Shown here: positions 42,380-53,063 of the stretch, one piece after another
Position numbering within the stretch: position 1 is the stretch's first letter
How the letters are laid out: each line of letters starts with the position of its first letter
From: Methanotrichaceae archaeon
GTDB taxonomy: Archaea; Halobacteriota; Methanosarcinia; Methanotrichales; Methanotrichaceae
Assembly: GCA_963803145.1 (NCBI GenBank)
Contig: CAWDLW010000008.1
Span: 256,001 to 320,000 of the forward strand
Direction of reading: 5' to 3'
Length of the DNA: 64,000 bases
Notes under the pieces: model-generated
Told to the model about the DNA's origin: nothing
The model's database searches: none
What the model saw: only the letters and a program-made list of their open reading frames with translations
Translations under genes and position numbers: made by a program

Positions 42380-43168
42380 TTGGCAGCATTTGATGTTAAT
42401 ATCATCATAGCTCTGATTATAGTAATAATAATTCTCTCTCAAGCAATAAAGATCGTAAGAGAGTATGAGCGGGTGGTGATCTTCCGTCTGGGTCGATTCA
42501 GCGGCGTGAAAGGCCCAGGGATATTCTTCATAATCCCCATAATCGATCGCGTAATGCAGCTTGATCTGCGAGTTGTCACCATTGATGTCGCAAAGCAGGT
42601 GGTCATAACTAGGGATAATGTCACCGTCGACGTGGACGCTGTGATATATTATAGGGTCGTAGATCCCGAGAGAGCGATTATTCAGGTTGAGAACTATAAG
42701 ATGGCAACGAGCCTGCTTGCCCAGACTACACTCAGAGATGTCCTTGGTCAGATAGACTTGGATGACCTGCTATCCAAGCGTGAAGAGCTGAATAAAAAGC
42801 TACAGGCGATATTGGATCAGCATACTGACCCCTGGGGTATCAAGGTGACAGCTGTGACCCTCAGGGATGTAAGCCTGCCTGAGGAGATGCTGAGAGCAAT
42901 AGCCAAGCAGGCAGAGGCCGAGAGGGAAAAGAGGTCCCGCATAATCCTGGCAGAGGGAGAGTTCCAGGCATCCAAGACAATGACTGAGGCTGCCAAGCTC
43001 TATGGTGAAGCACCTGTGGCAATAAGGCTAAGAGAGCTTCAGACTCTTGCCGAGATAGCCAGGGAGAAGAACCTCATAGTAGTAACGCCAAGCGGCGAGA
43101 CGGGCACAGGCGCAGTGGCAGGTCTCACTGCTGCCATCAATAGGGCGACATCCAATAAGGGACAATGA
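42380..43168 (+). CDS. Stomatin/SPFH (slipin) protein
   Basis: EYERVVIFRLG, AQTTLR, WGIKV, QAEAERE. Confidence 0.92.
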   Translation: MAAFDVNIIIALIIVIIILSQAIKIVREYERVVIFRLGRFSGVKGPGIFFIIPIIDRVMQLDLRVVTIDVAKQVVITRDNVTVDVDAVIYYRVVDPERAIIQVENYKMATSLLAQTTLRDVLGQIDLDDLLSKREELNKKLQAILDQHTDPWGIKVTAVTLRDVSLPEEMLRAIAKQAEAEREKRSRIILAEGEFQASKTMTEAAKLYGEAPVAIRLRELQTLAEIAREKNLIVVTPSGETGTGAVAGLTAAINRATSNKGQ

Positions 43169-44505
43169 GATCTGTCAGGCCTACATTAGGCTTTATCGAG
43201 AAGCCGTGCTTCTCGATAAGGTGTGCCCAAAGGGCTTTGTTATTTTTAATATTACTGTTACTGCTAATGGGCGGATCTGCTTATGCAGAGGGACCCGTCC
43301 TGGCAGTCAAGCTCGATGGAGCCATCACCCCTGCAAGTGATGATGTTATCCGCGCTGCCGTTTTAGAGGCCGAATCAGGAAACTATCAGGCCATGATTGT
43401 CATCCTGAATACGCCAGGCGGCGGCTTGACAGAGACAATGGACATAATCGGCCAGATAGAGAATACAAGTCTCCCGGTGATCGGATATGTTTATCCCGAG
43501 GGTGCAACTGCATGGTCTGCAGGCACGATAATCCTCATGTCATCAGATGTGGCTGCGATGAGCCCTCACACAATCATCGGCTCAGCCCAGCCTGTTGAGC
43601 TCTCGCCTACGGGTGGAACTACGCCGATAAACGATACAAAGACCATTAATGCTATAGTTGCCCTGATAGAAGAGAAGGCGAGGGTACACGGCCGGAACAC
43701 AACTGCAGCGGGTGCGTTTGTTCTTAAAAACCTGAACTTAAACGCCGATGACGCAAAAAAATACGGAGTTGTCGAGTATGTCAGCTCCGACCCTCAGGAT
43801 TTGCTGCGACAGGTGAACGGCCTCAAAATAAAGAATACTACCCTCAGTACTGCTGGTTCACAGGTTCAATACTTTGAGCCACCCCTCGGTCTATCTCTAC
43901 TGATGATCCTTTCAGATCCGATGCTGGCAGGGATATTGCTATTGATTGGGCTATATGCTCTTATATTTGGGCTCTCCAGCCCAGGCTGGGGGGCAGAGGC
44001 CTTCGGAGCGATCTCACTCACGCTCGGTCTAATCGGTCTGGGATTCGATGTGAACTTTGCAGCTTTAGTCCTAATCGCTCTTGGGGCAGGGCTGATCCTG
44101 TTTGAGATCCACAGCCATGCATTTGGGATCCTGGCAGCAGCTGGCCTGATCTGCATAATCGTCGGAAGTATTTTGCTGGTGCCGACAAGCTTTCCCGAGT
44201 GGTATTTACCAGGCCAGTATCAGCGCTCTCTGGCTACTGCTTTCATTGTGCCATCACTTATTTTGGGAGCATTCCTGGCATTTGTAGTTTATAAGGTTGC
44301 ACGAATCAGGTTTGCTCCGCCAGTCACTAATCAATTTGTTGGCGAGGAGGCAGTGGCGATAGAGAAGATTGCGCCCAGAGGCTATGTTCTGTTTCATGGC
44401 GAGTACTGGCGGGCTGAGTCTGACGAGCCGATAAATTCCAGGGAAAAGGTGGTAGTAGTAGATAAAAAAGAATTAGTGCTGAAGGTAAGGCGAAAACAGA
44501 ACTAA
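43165..44505 (+). CDS. nfeD: NfeD membrane-bound serine protease
   Basis: LNTPGG, AWSAG, IGSAQP, TM region, C-terminal OB fold (GEYWRA). Confidence 0.9.
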   Translation: MRSVRPTLGFIEKPCFSIRCAQRALLFLILLLLLMGGSAYAEGPVLAVKLDGAITPASDDVIRAAVLEAESGNYQAMIVILNTPGGGLTETMDIIGQIENTSLPVIGYVYPEGATAWSAGTIILMSSDVAAMSPHTIIGSAQPVELSPTGGTTPINDTKTINAIVALIEEKARVHGRNTTAAGAFVLKNLNLNADDAKKYGVVEYVSSDPQDLLRQVNGLKIKNTTLSTAGSQVQYFEPPLGLSLLMILSDPMLAGILLLIGLYALIFGLSSPGWGAEAFGAISLTLGLIGLGFDVNFAALVLIALGAGLILFEIHSHAFGILAAAGLICIIVGSILLVPTSFPEWYLPGQYQRSLATAFIVPSLILGAFLAFVVYKVARIRFAPPVTNQFVGEEAVAIEKIAPRGYVLFHGEYWRAESDEPINSREKVVVVDKKELVLKVRRKQN

Positions 44506-44658
44506 AATCGTCCATTTTTCAATTTAGACTCCATCTGCTGTTTTTGATTATTTCTTGGTTTTTAATTGGTAATCCCTTTTATGAATCGATATCCAATCGG
44601 TTAGGGAGAGGTAACTATTTATACAATAAAATGTTATTGTCTAGAGAGGTAGTCAATA

Positions 44659-45234
44659 TTGAAGAGTCAATTAGAAAGGAAAAAGCTTGCAGATATAGTT
44701 GTAATCTTAAAAATGGGCTTATCTTCCTACTACCTGAAGGGCGATGATGAAACAGTGAAGATAATCAATAACAAGGATATCGAAAATGGAAAAATCAATC
44801 CTGATTCTATTGAAAGGGTCTCAGTGAAAAAGACACCTCTTTTAGAAAAATCCCGCATTGAGGCAGGAGATCTCATTGTTACTACCAAAGGGTACAACTT
44901 CAAAGCAGCTATAGCAGATGAATCTGTTGCTGATTTTGTTATAAGCGCTAATCTTATCGCTATCAAGCTATCAAATAATATCCAGCCAGAGATTGTGGCA
45001 GCCTATCTCAACAGTACCCGAGGCCAGCGAGACTTGCAGGCTCTCGCAAGTGGGTCCTCAATTCAGGGTTTAAATGCAAATTCTTTTCTAGAAATTCAAG
45101 TGCCAATACCTCCTTTGCATGAGCAGAAATTGTTGTCAGAATACCTCTTTTTGGCTAAGGAGTATAACAGCCTTCTTAGAAAGGAGATCGAACTGCGAAA
45201 TAAGCTTAATAATACTCTTATTACGCAAATTTGA
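44659..45234 (+). CDS. Single-TRD (half-size) Type I specificity subunit
   Basis: KKLADI, GDLI, YLNS..GSSIQGL..IPIPPLHEQ plus C-terminal helix; TTG start. Confidence 0.7.
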   Translation: MKSQLERKKLADIVVILKMGLSSYYLKGDDETVKIINNKDIENGKINPDSIERVSVKKTPLLEKSRIEAGDLIVTTKGYNFKAAIADESVADFVISANLIAIKLSNNIQPEIVAAYLNSTRGQRDLQALASGSSIQGLNANSFLEIQVPIPPLHEQKLLSEYLFLAKEYNSLLRKEIELRNKLNNTLITQI

Positions 45235-45243
45235 GGGGACGTT

Positions 45244-46740
45244 ATGGCGAAAATTACTATTGAGGAAATGAAATCAAAGGTTTGGGGTGCTGCAGATATC
45301 CTTCGCGGATCTATCGATTCAGCGGATTATAAAAATTATATTTTTGGGATGCTTTTTTTGAAAAGGCTCTCTGATGTATTCGAGGAGGAGGCCGAGAAGA
45401 TCCAAGCCGAGACCGGAGACAAAGATCTCGCATGGAATGATCCTGACGAACATCAGTTCTATGTTCCAGAGAGAGCTCGCTGGGAAAATATCAGGAAGCT
45501 GGCGCTCAATATAGGGGACGAGCTTAATAAGGCATGTTCAGCTCTTGAGGACCAAAACCGCATTATGGAGGGAGTGCTGGAATCCATTGATTTCAATTCC
45601 GATAGGCTGGGAGATACAAAGCAGAGAGATACAACCCTGATCAAGCTTATCCAGCATTTTTCGAGCATTCCCATGAAGAACAGCAATCTAGCTGAGCCGG
45701 ATATGCTAGGCAGAGTTTATGAGTACTTGATCGAACAGTTCGCAGATGATGCGGGCAAGAAAGGTGGCGAGTTCTACACACCGAGAAATGTCGTTCAGCT
45801 GATAGTTGCATTGCTAGAGCCACAAGAGGGCATGCGTATCTGCGATCCAGCCTGCGGTTCAGGCGGCATGCTCATCGAGAGCGCAAAGTACGTGGAGCGC
45901 CATGAAGGAAACCCCAAGAACCTCTCTCTCTACGGTCAGGAGAAGAACATCGGAACATGGGGCATCTGCAAGATGAATATGTTGTTGCACGGCATCCCGG
46001 ATGCAGATATCAGGAAGGGAGATGTTATTCGTGATCCCAAGTTCCTTCTAGATGGCCAGCTTATGCTTTTCGATAGGGTGATCGCCAACCCGCCATTTTC
46101 GCTGAAGAACTGGGGCTATGAAGAGGCGCAGGATGACGGCTTTGGGAGGTTCCGCTATGGAATCCCGCCAAAGACAAAGGGCGACTTTGCCTTCGTGGAG
46201 CACATGATCTCCACTCTCAACCAGGAAGGTCGGATGGGAGTGGTTGTTCCTCACGGGGTGCTATTCAGGGGTGGCTCGGAGGGCAAGATCAGAGAGAGCA
46301 TTCTGAGGGAAGACCTCATCGAGGCCATCGTAGGTCTGCCTTCGAAGCTTTTCTACGGCACGGGTATTCCTGCAGCCATAATAGTAGTGAACAAGAACAA
46401 ACCGCCTGAAAGGCAGGATTCGATTCTCTTTATCGATGCCTCCAGGGAATTTCATGAGGGCAAGAACCAGAATACCCTCAGGCTTGAGGATATTGAGAAA
46501 GTCGTTTGGGCTTACAAGAGTTTCAAGGATATTACCAAGTACTGTCGGGTTGTGCCAATCTCAGAGATCGAGGAGAACGACTACAACCTGAACATCTCAC
46601 GCTATGTGGATACTGCGCCTGAGGAGAAGCCCATTGATGTGGCTGCCACACTTCGGGAGCTGAGAGAGTTGGAGGCCAAGCGCAGGGAGATCGAGGCTAA
46701 GATGAACGGGTATCTGAGAGAGTTGGGGTACGAGACTTGA
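45244..46740 (+). CDS. hsdM: Type I R-M methyltransferase (m6A)
   Basis: GEFYTP, DPACGSGG, ANPPF, YNLNISRY. Confidence 0.95.
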   Translation: MAKITIEEMKSKVWGAADILRGSIDSADYKNYIFGMLFLKRLSDVFEEEAEKIQAETGDKDLAWNDPDEHQFYVPERARWENIRKLALNIGDELNKACSALEDQNRIMEGVLESIDFNSDRLGDTKQRDTTLIKLIQHFSSIPMKNSNLAEPDMLGRVYEYLIEQFADDAGKKGGEFYTPRNVVQLIVALLEPQEGMRICDPACGSGGMLIESAKYVERHEGNPKNLSLYGQEKNIGTWGICKMNMLLHGIPDADIRKGDVIRDPKFLLDGQLMLFDRVIANPPFSLKNWGYEEAQDDGFGRFRYGIPPKTKGDFAFVEHMISTLNQEGRMGVVVPHGVLFRGGSEGKIRESILREDLIEAIVGLPSKLFYGTGIPAAIIVVNKNKPPERQDSILFIDASREFHEGKNQNTLRLEDIEKVVWAYKSFKDITKYCRVVPISEIEENDYNLNISRYVDTAPEEKPIDVAATLRELRELEAKRREIEAKMNGYLRELGYET

Positions 46741-49162
46741 AGGGCAATATGAACACAAATTTGTCAGATATCCCAAAAGGCTATAAAGAAACTCCAATCG
46801 GAACTCTGCCTGATGATTGGAACGTAACTAGGTTAATAGATGCAGTAGGAAAGAAGAAAGATCTTATCGTCGCAGGGCCATTTGGTTCAAATCTAAAGGT
46901 GTCTGACTATATAGAGGAAGGCGTCCCAATAATCAGGCTTCAAAATATTGACTATGGATTATTTATAAATAAGGATATCAAATTCATATCTCATAACAAG
47001 GCTAAAGAGCTTAGCTATCATTCTTTCAAAGGCGGGGACCTTGTTCTTGCTAAATTAGGTGATCCGATCGGAAAGACTTGTATTGTACCCGATTACTTGG
47101 GAAAAGGTATCGTTGTAGCCGATGTGGTAAGGATAAGAATTGATAATAAGAGTATTGATAAAAAATTCATCATGAATGTACTAAATTATACGACCACTCA
47201 AAGACAGGTGAATAATGGCACAATTGGCTCGACTAGACCTAGAGTAAATTTAGATCAAATAAGGAATATATTATAGTTAATCATTGAGCTTATTGCCCTA
47301 TAGATACATTTAATAATTAATGCGTGAAAATACATAGGCATGGGTAGAAAACCTATAATAATTAGGCATATATCAAAGATAGACCTTGATAAATTATATA
47401 AAAAAGAGACTGATCTAAGGATTAAGGAACGGTTATTGGCAATAATACATTTATATGAAGGGAAAAACGTATATGAGGTAGCTGATATTTTAAAAAGGGG
47501 CGAGAGGACAATAAAATATTGGTTAAGCAGATGGAATAATCAAGGCTATAATGGATTGACACCAAAGAATAGAAATGGCAAAAAGCCAAAGATGTCTCTT
47601 GATGAATGGGATAGAGTTATTAAAGAAATTGAAGACAAAGGAATGACGATAAAAGACGTATTAAAATATGTAAGGGATACAAGAGGTATAGATTTTTCAT
47701 ATAAATATGGCTGGCGAATTTTAAGAGTAGTGAAAAAAGTTAAGTATGGGAAACCATACATCAGAAATGAAAAGAGGCCTGCAGATGCAGAAAGTTTTTT
47801 AAAAAAGGATAAAATCAGTGCTGACCACTGTTACTGATCCTGTTATAGGATTTCTTGATGAAAGCTCTTTACAACAGCGCCCTAATACACGTAGAGTCTT
47901 AAACACTCATTTAATAAATTATAAACCTGGAAAGGTTAGATCAAGAACTATTTTTGGATTTATAGCATTAAATGGCAATGATGAGGTTATGGTTTCCAAC
48001 TCCTCTAAGAAGGAAGCGTTGATGGCATTTGCTCAAAATATAAGAAATAATAATATTATGAGGCCAATTTGTATACTTTTAGATAATGCTAGAATTCATT
48101 TGGCCAAGAAATTTAGAAAACTAGCTGAGGAAATCGATATTCACTTAATTTATAATATCCCCTATTCACCAGATTTGAATCCTATAGAATTCGGTTGGAA
48201 GGATTTCAAAAGAGAGATCGCCAAATACACTGATTTCGATGAAGCTATTATAGCTAGCCAAGATTGCGCTTTAGAAATATTTTATTCCAAAAAGGATGGA
48301 TATTCAAAGTCCTGGGTGGAGCGATTTCTTAGTGCAAAAAGCTAGGAGATTAACTATAATTCCGCTTCCTGGACCATCTGAGCGATATAAGATCATAGCA
48401 ATCCTTTCAGCGGTAGATGAGACTATCGAAAAAACCAATGCTATTGCCTCGCGGATGGAACAAGTTAGGACATACCTAGCGCAGGAATTGTTTAGTAAAG
48501 GCATTGAGCATAAAGAATTCAAGAACACTTCGATCGGATGGCTCCCTAAAATTTGGGGTACTATAGAATTAAAAGATTTATGCTCTTCGATAATCGATTG
48601 CCCGCATAGCACTCCAAGATTTACAGATAAAGGTGTTCTAGTTATCAGGACTCCTAATGTAAGAAGGGGGACGTTGAGCTTAAGCGAGCCCTCGTTTACA
48701 TCTGAAAGTGAGTATAATAATAGAATAGAGAGAGAAATCCCCCAAGCAGATGACATTTTGTTTACAAGAGAAGCTCCCATCGGGGAAGCTTGTTTAGTCC
48801 CACCCAATCTAAAATGTTGTCTTGGACAGAGGATGATGCTATTTAGGCCAAATAAACCATTAATACGAAGCTATTTTCTGCTCGAGGCACTTTACTCAAA
48901 AAATGTGCAACAACAAATATTATTTAAATCTGCTGGATTAACGGCCAAGCATCTCAATGTCTCTGATGTTAAAAAGATTTTAGTGCCTTATCCGCCTGTT
49001 GCGGAGCAGGATAGGATCATAGGAATTATTTCTTCTTTAAATGAAAAGCTAGCGCTAGCAACTGAAAAGAAACACCTCCAGTGCCTTAAAGAACTTAAGC
49101 GTGGCCTCATGCAGGACCTCCTCACAGGTAAAGTCCGGGTTAAGGTGAACGGCCATGCCTGA
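46737..49162 (+). pseudogene. hsdS: Type I specificity subunit split by IS630 between TRD1 and the central conserved region
   Basis: ..DQIRNIL | IPLPGPSE.. rejoins in frame; ends LKRGLMQDLLTGKVRV. Confidence 0.9.
47274..48356 (+). mobile_element. IS630-family element, variant 2, copy 2
   Basis: TA duplication, same IRs and identical ORF translations as 27642-28724. Confidence 0.92.
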
Positions 49163-52118
49163 CCAGAAGGAGATCCTTGAGGTTGAGGACCCAGCGGTTG
49201 AGGTTCTTACTCAGCATTTGGGCTGGACGGAGATCGATTCTAATAAGGCTAATGAGATGAGAGATTCTTTGAAGCAGCCCATTCTTATCCCTACTTTTTT
49301 GGAGGCAGTAAAAAGAATCAATCCCTGGATCTCTAAGGAAAACGCCCAGCGTGTGCTCCGTAGCATCCTCAGCCCTCAGGCAACCTCCGTACTGGAGGCG
49401 AACGAAATGATCCACTCCATGCTCGAGCGTGGAACAACAGTTAAGCAAGATCTCAAAGACGGTCTGGGGCTGAAGAACAGAGATGTTTTCCTCATCGATT
49501 ATGATAACATCAATAATAATCAGTTCCACGTAGTCCGCCATTTTCAGGTGAAGCATTACGATGATTGCTTCCCGGACATAGTGCTTTTCGTCAACGGCAT
49601 GCCCATAGTAGTCATAGAATGCAAGAGCCCTTACAATAGCCGTGACCCCATGAAGTTGGGAATAGAGCGGCTTTTCAGATATCAGGAGATGGAGGATCGC
49701 TTCAAGAATCTGGGGTGCCCTCAGCTTTTCAATACAGCACAAATTGTTGTCTCCACATTCAGGGATAGGGTGAAATATGCCACCAATTTTACCCCTGTGC
49801 GCCATTGGTCGGAGTGGAAAGATCCCTATCCATTGACCAAGATGGACGTGGCAAAGAGGCTGAATTACATCGTTGATCCGGATAAGATCAAGGACCAGGA
49901 GATATTTCTCTTCGGCGTATGCTCTAAAGAAAACCTGCTGGATCTCATTCGCAACTTCGTGGTATTCGAGAGGGAAAAGGGTGAAGTAGTCAAGAAGCTG
50001 GCTAAATATCCTCAGTTCCGAGCGGTCAACAAGACTCTAAAGAGGATCGATGAAAGAAAGACGGGCGGTATCATATGGCACTGGCAGGGAAGCGGCAAAA
50101 GCCTTTCCATGCTCTGGACTGCAGTCAAGCTACGACGCATACAATCCTTGGAAAATCCTACGATGGTCATTGTAACAGATCGGCGGGACCTGGATGAGCA
50201 GATTCGAAGCACCTTCGAACGTTGCGGATTTCCCAATCCAGTTAAGGCAAAAACTTCAAAGAAGCTACAGGCGCTGCTGAGCAATCCAGTCGGCCAAACT
50301 ATTACTACCACAGTGCAAAAGTTCCAGGATGCTGCAGAAGTATACCCCACACTTAGCGAGAACTCCAACATCTTTGTTCTGGTAGACGAGGCCCACCGAA
50401 GCCAATACAGATCTTTGGCAGCGAATATGAGAAGAGCGCTTCCTAATGCATGTTTCCTTGGATTCACAGGTACGCCGCTCTTCAAGAAAGAACGTGATAC
50501 TTTCAGGACCTTTGGCTCATACATAGATAGGTATGATCACATCCAATCTGTAGGAGATGAAATCACGGTGCCTATCTTCTACGAAGGGCGCATGCCTGAG
50601 CTTCAGGTCAGTAGCAATTCCATAGATACCCTGCTTAAGCGCCTATTTCCCGATTATAGCGAGGAAGATTTGGATCGCATAAAGAAAAAATATGCAAACA
50701 TGGAAGCAATAGCTGGATCCAAGACTCTGATCAAAGAGATTGCCCTTGATATTATCAATCACTATGAGAGCTACATACTGCCTAACGGATTCAAAGCCCA
50801 GATTGTTGCTGTCAACCGCGAAGCCGCCCTTAGATATAAAGAGGTCTTAGATGAGCTAAATGCTCCCTCCAGCGAAGTGCTAATTTCAGTAATCCCTGCT
50901 GATGAGTCGAGGTACCGTCCTTTCCGGCGATCCAGATTGGATGAAAAGGAGACCATAAGGCGATTCAAGGAAGAAAACGATCCGAAAATACTGATTGTAT
51001 GCGATAAGCTCCTCGCAGGTTTCGATGCTCCTGTAGAGCAGGTGATGTACCTTCACAAGCCGCTCAAGGAGCATAATTTGCTCCAGGCTATGGGCCGAGT
51101 TAATCGCAAATATCACAAAAAAGATTATGGGCTCGTCGTAGATTATTGGGGGGTAGCCGATGAGCTGCAGACAGCTCTAAAGATGTACAGCCAGGATGGA
51201 ATTGTCGATATCGTTACCCTTGATTACAAGAAAGAAATTCTTCCACGGCTTCAGGCTGCCCATCATGCAGCTATGAATTTCTTCAGAGGAGTCTTGCCCC
51301 AAAGGGATGAGGAATCTTTCAAAGAAGCATGCGTTCAATATCTTGAGCCTGAGGACCTCAGAGTCGCTTTTGACCAAAGGTTCCGATTGTTTTCACGTTA
51401 TATGGATATGCTGCTGCCTGATCCCAGAGCCTTAGATTACAGAAAAGATCTGAAATGGCTTGGGGAGATCAGAATAAGAGCCAGAAACAGGTATCGCGAT
51501 GACCAATTAAGCCTTGATGGATGCAGTGAGAAGGTAAAGAAGCTGATTGATGAGACTATCAAGGTAGAAGGGATAACTCAACTAATCGAGCCTACTTCAG
51601 TTTTCTCTAAGAAATTCGATGAAGAGGTTGAGAAGCTATCTACTACAGAAGCAAAGGCAAGCGAGATTGAACATGCCATAAAACATGAGATATCCGTGAA
51701 AATCGATGAAAATCCGGTTTTCTATGAGTCCCTGAGGGAACGTTTACAGCGTTTGATCATTGATTATAGGGAAAATAGAATCAACAGCGCAGAACAGCTA
51801 AAGCTCCTGAGGGATATACTCGAAGAAATAAGAGCGCCTGAAATACGTGCCGCAAAACTGGGTGTTGATACTGATGTTGCTCCGTTTTATGAGTTGATAG
51901 CCGAAAGATCTGAAGATGGAGATGAAACAAAGTCTGTTGCAAAAGAGATCTATCTCTGTCTGAAGGAATTCACCGTGGTAGACTGGCAGCAGAAAGAGGA
52001 TACTAAGAGAGAACTTAGACGCCAGATAAAAAGAATTCTTAGAGCTGCAACCTATCCTGCAGATAATATCCAGGATATGACTGCACGAATAATGGATTTG
52101 GCTGCCAGGAGGTTCTAA
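49155..52118 (+). CDS. hsdR: Type I restriction endonuclease subunit R
   Basis: PDIVLFVNG..IECK, WQGSGKS, DEAH, FTGTP, QAMGRVNR. Confidence 0.95.
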   Translation: MPDQKEILEVEDPAVEVLTQHLGWTEIDSNKANEMRDSLKQPILIPTFLEAVKRINPWISKENAQRVLRSILSPQATSVLEANEMIHSMLERGTTVKQDLKDGLGLKNRDVFLIDYDNINNNQFHVVRHFQVKHYDDCFPDIVLFVNGMPIVVIECKSPYNSRDPMKLGIERLFRYQEMEDRFKNLGCPQLFNTAQIVVSTFRDRVKYATNFTPVRHWSEWKDPYPLTKMDVAKRLNYIVDPDKIKDQEIFLFGVCSKENLLDLIRNFVVFEREKGEVVKKLAKYPQFRAVNKTLKRIDERKTGGIIWHWQGSGKSLSMLWTAVKLRRIQSLENPTMVIVTDRRDLDEQIRSTFERCGFPNPVKAKTSKKLQALLSNPVGQTITTTVQKFQDAAEVYPTLSENSNIFVLVDEAHRSQYRSLAANMRRALPNACFLGFTGTPLFKKERDTFRTFGSYIDRYDHIQSVGDEITVPIFYEGRMPELQVSSNSIDTLLKRLFPDYSEEDLDRIKKKYANMEAIAGSKTLIKEIALDIINHYESYILPNGFKAQIVAVNREAALRYKEVLDELNAPSSEVLISVIPADESRYRPFRRSRLDEKETIRRFKEENDPKILIVCDKLLAGFDAPVEQVMYLHKPLKEHNLLQAMGRVNRKYHKKDYGLVVDYWGVADELQTALKMYSQDGIVDIVTLDYKKEILPRLQAAHHAAMNFFRGVLPQRDEESFKEACVQYLEPEDLRVAFDQRFRLFSRYMDMLLPDPRALDYRKDLKWLGEIRIRARNRYRDDQLSLDGCSEKVKKLIDETIKVEGITQLIEPTSVFSKKFDEEVEKLSTTEAKASEIEHAIKHEISVKIDENPVFYESLRERLQRLIIDYRENRINSAEQLKLLRDILEEIRAPEIRAAKLGVDTDVAPFYELIAERSEDGDETKSVAKEIYLCLKEFTVVDWQQKEDTKRELRRQIKRILRAATYPADNIQDMTARIMDLAARRF

Positions 52119-52119
52119 G

Positions 52120-52848
52120 ATGAGCAGTGGCAGCATCCAATTCGGCATGACAACCATTCCCTATGAAGTGGTCTACAGTGAAAGACGAAAGCGTGCGGCT
52201 ATTGCTGTCTATCCGAATAAGAGAGTTGTCATCACAGTTCCAAAGAATCTAACGCCAGATGAAACTTATGGGTTGATGCAGAAGAAAGCCCCCTGGGTGA
52301 TACGGAAAATTGATTGGTTTAATCAGCTCGAACATCCTACGCTGGAAAAGGAATATGTTAATGGAGAGACCTTCCTTTATCTTGGGCGACAATATCGGCT
52401 GAAAATCCGGCACTATGATAGTGGCCCCACTGCAAAATTAAAAGGAAAATTTTTTGAAGTAGCAATACCTGTAAACACGTCTGATCTCGAGAGATCTAGC
52501 TTAGTCAAGAAAGCTCTTCTACAATGGTATAATGAGCATGCTGAAAGAAGGATTGGCGAGATAGTCTTTAATTATGCTAAAAGGTTGTATGTTGAAGCAC
52601 CAAGTTTCAAAGTAAAATATCAAGCCAAAAGATGGGGAAGCTGTTCGAGGGGTAATAAGCTGAACATAAATATACGCATCATTATGGCGCCAGTTAGCCA
52701 AGTAGAGTACGTTATTGCACATGAGCTTTGCCATTTAAAGTATAACGATCACTCTACAGAATACTGGCAACTGCTTCGCTTAATTATGCCAGATTATGAA
52801 ATCCGCAAAGAAAAGCTGAAAAGTAACGGATGGATGTATAATATCTGA
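52120..52848 (+). CDS. M48/YgjP (DUF45) metallopeptidase
   Basis: RWGSC, YVIAHELCH. Confidence 0.9.
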   Translation: MSSGSIQFGMTTIPYEVVYSERRKRAAIAVYPNKRVVITVPKNLTPDETYGLMQKKAPWVIRKIDWFNQLEHPTLEKEYVNGETFLYLGRQYRLKIRHYDSGPTAKLKGKFFEVAIPVNTSDLERSSLVKKALLQWYNEHAERRIGEIVFNYAKRLYVEAPSFKVKYQAKRWGSCSRGNKLNINIRIIMAPVSQVEYVIAHELCHLKYNDHSTEYWQLLRLIMPDYEIRKEKLKSNGWMYNI

Positions 52849-53063
52849 TAAATATTAAGGTTAAGCTTAATCCGATAAGGTAATATTAGTTGACTATTAA
52901 TGGGAGCTGAATGACCTGCAACTTAGGGGAAGAAGAACTATTTATCCTCAATCTGCTATATTCTAAACGAAATCTGAGACCCGATGCAGGATATCATTCG
53001 GATAAATTGAATAAGCTTTTTAAGAAAAAATTCGCCAAAGATGTAAAGGATGCTCTCAAGAGG

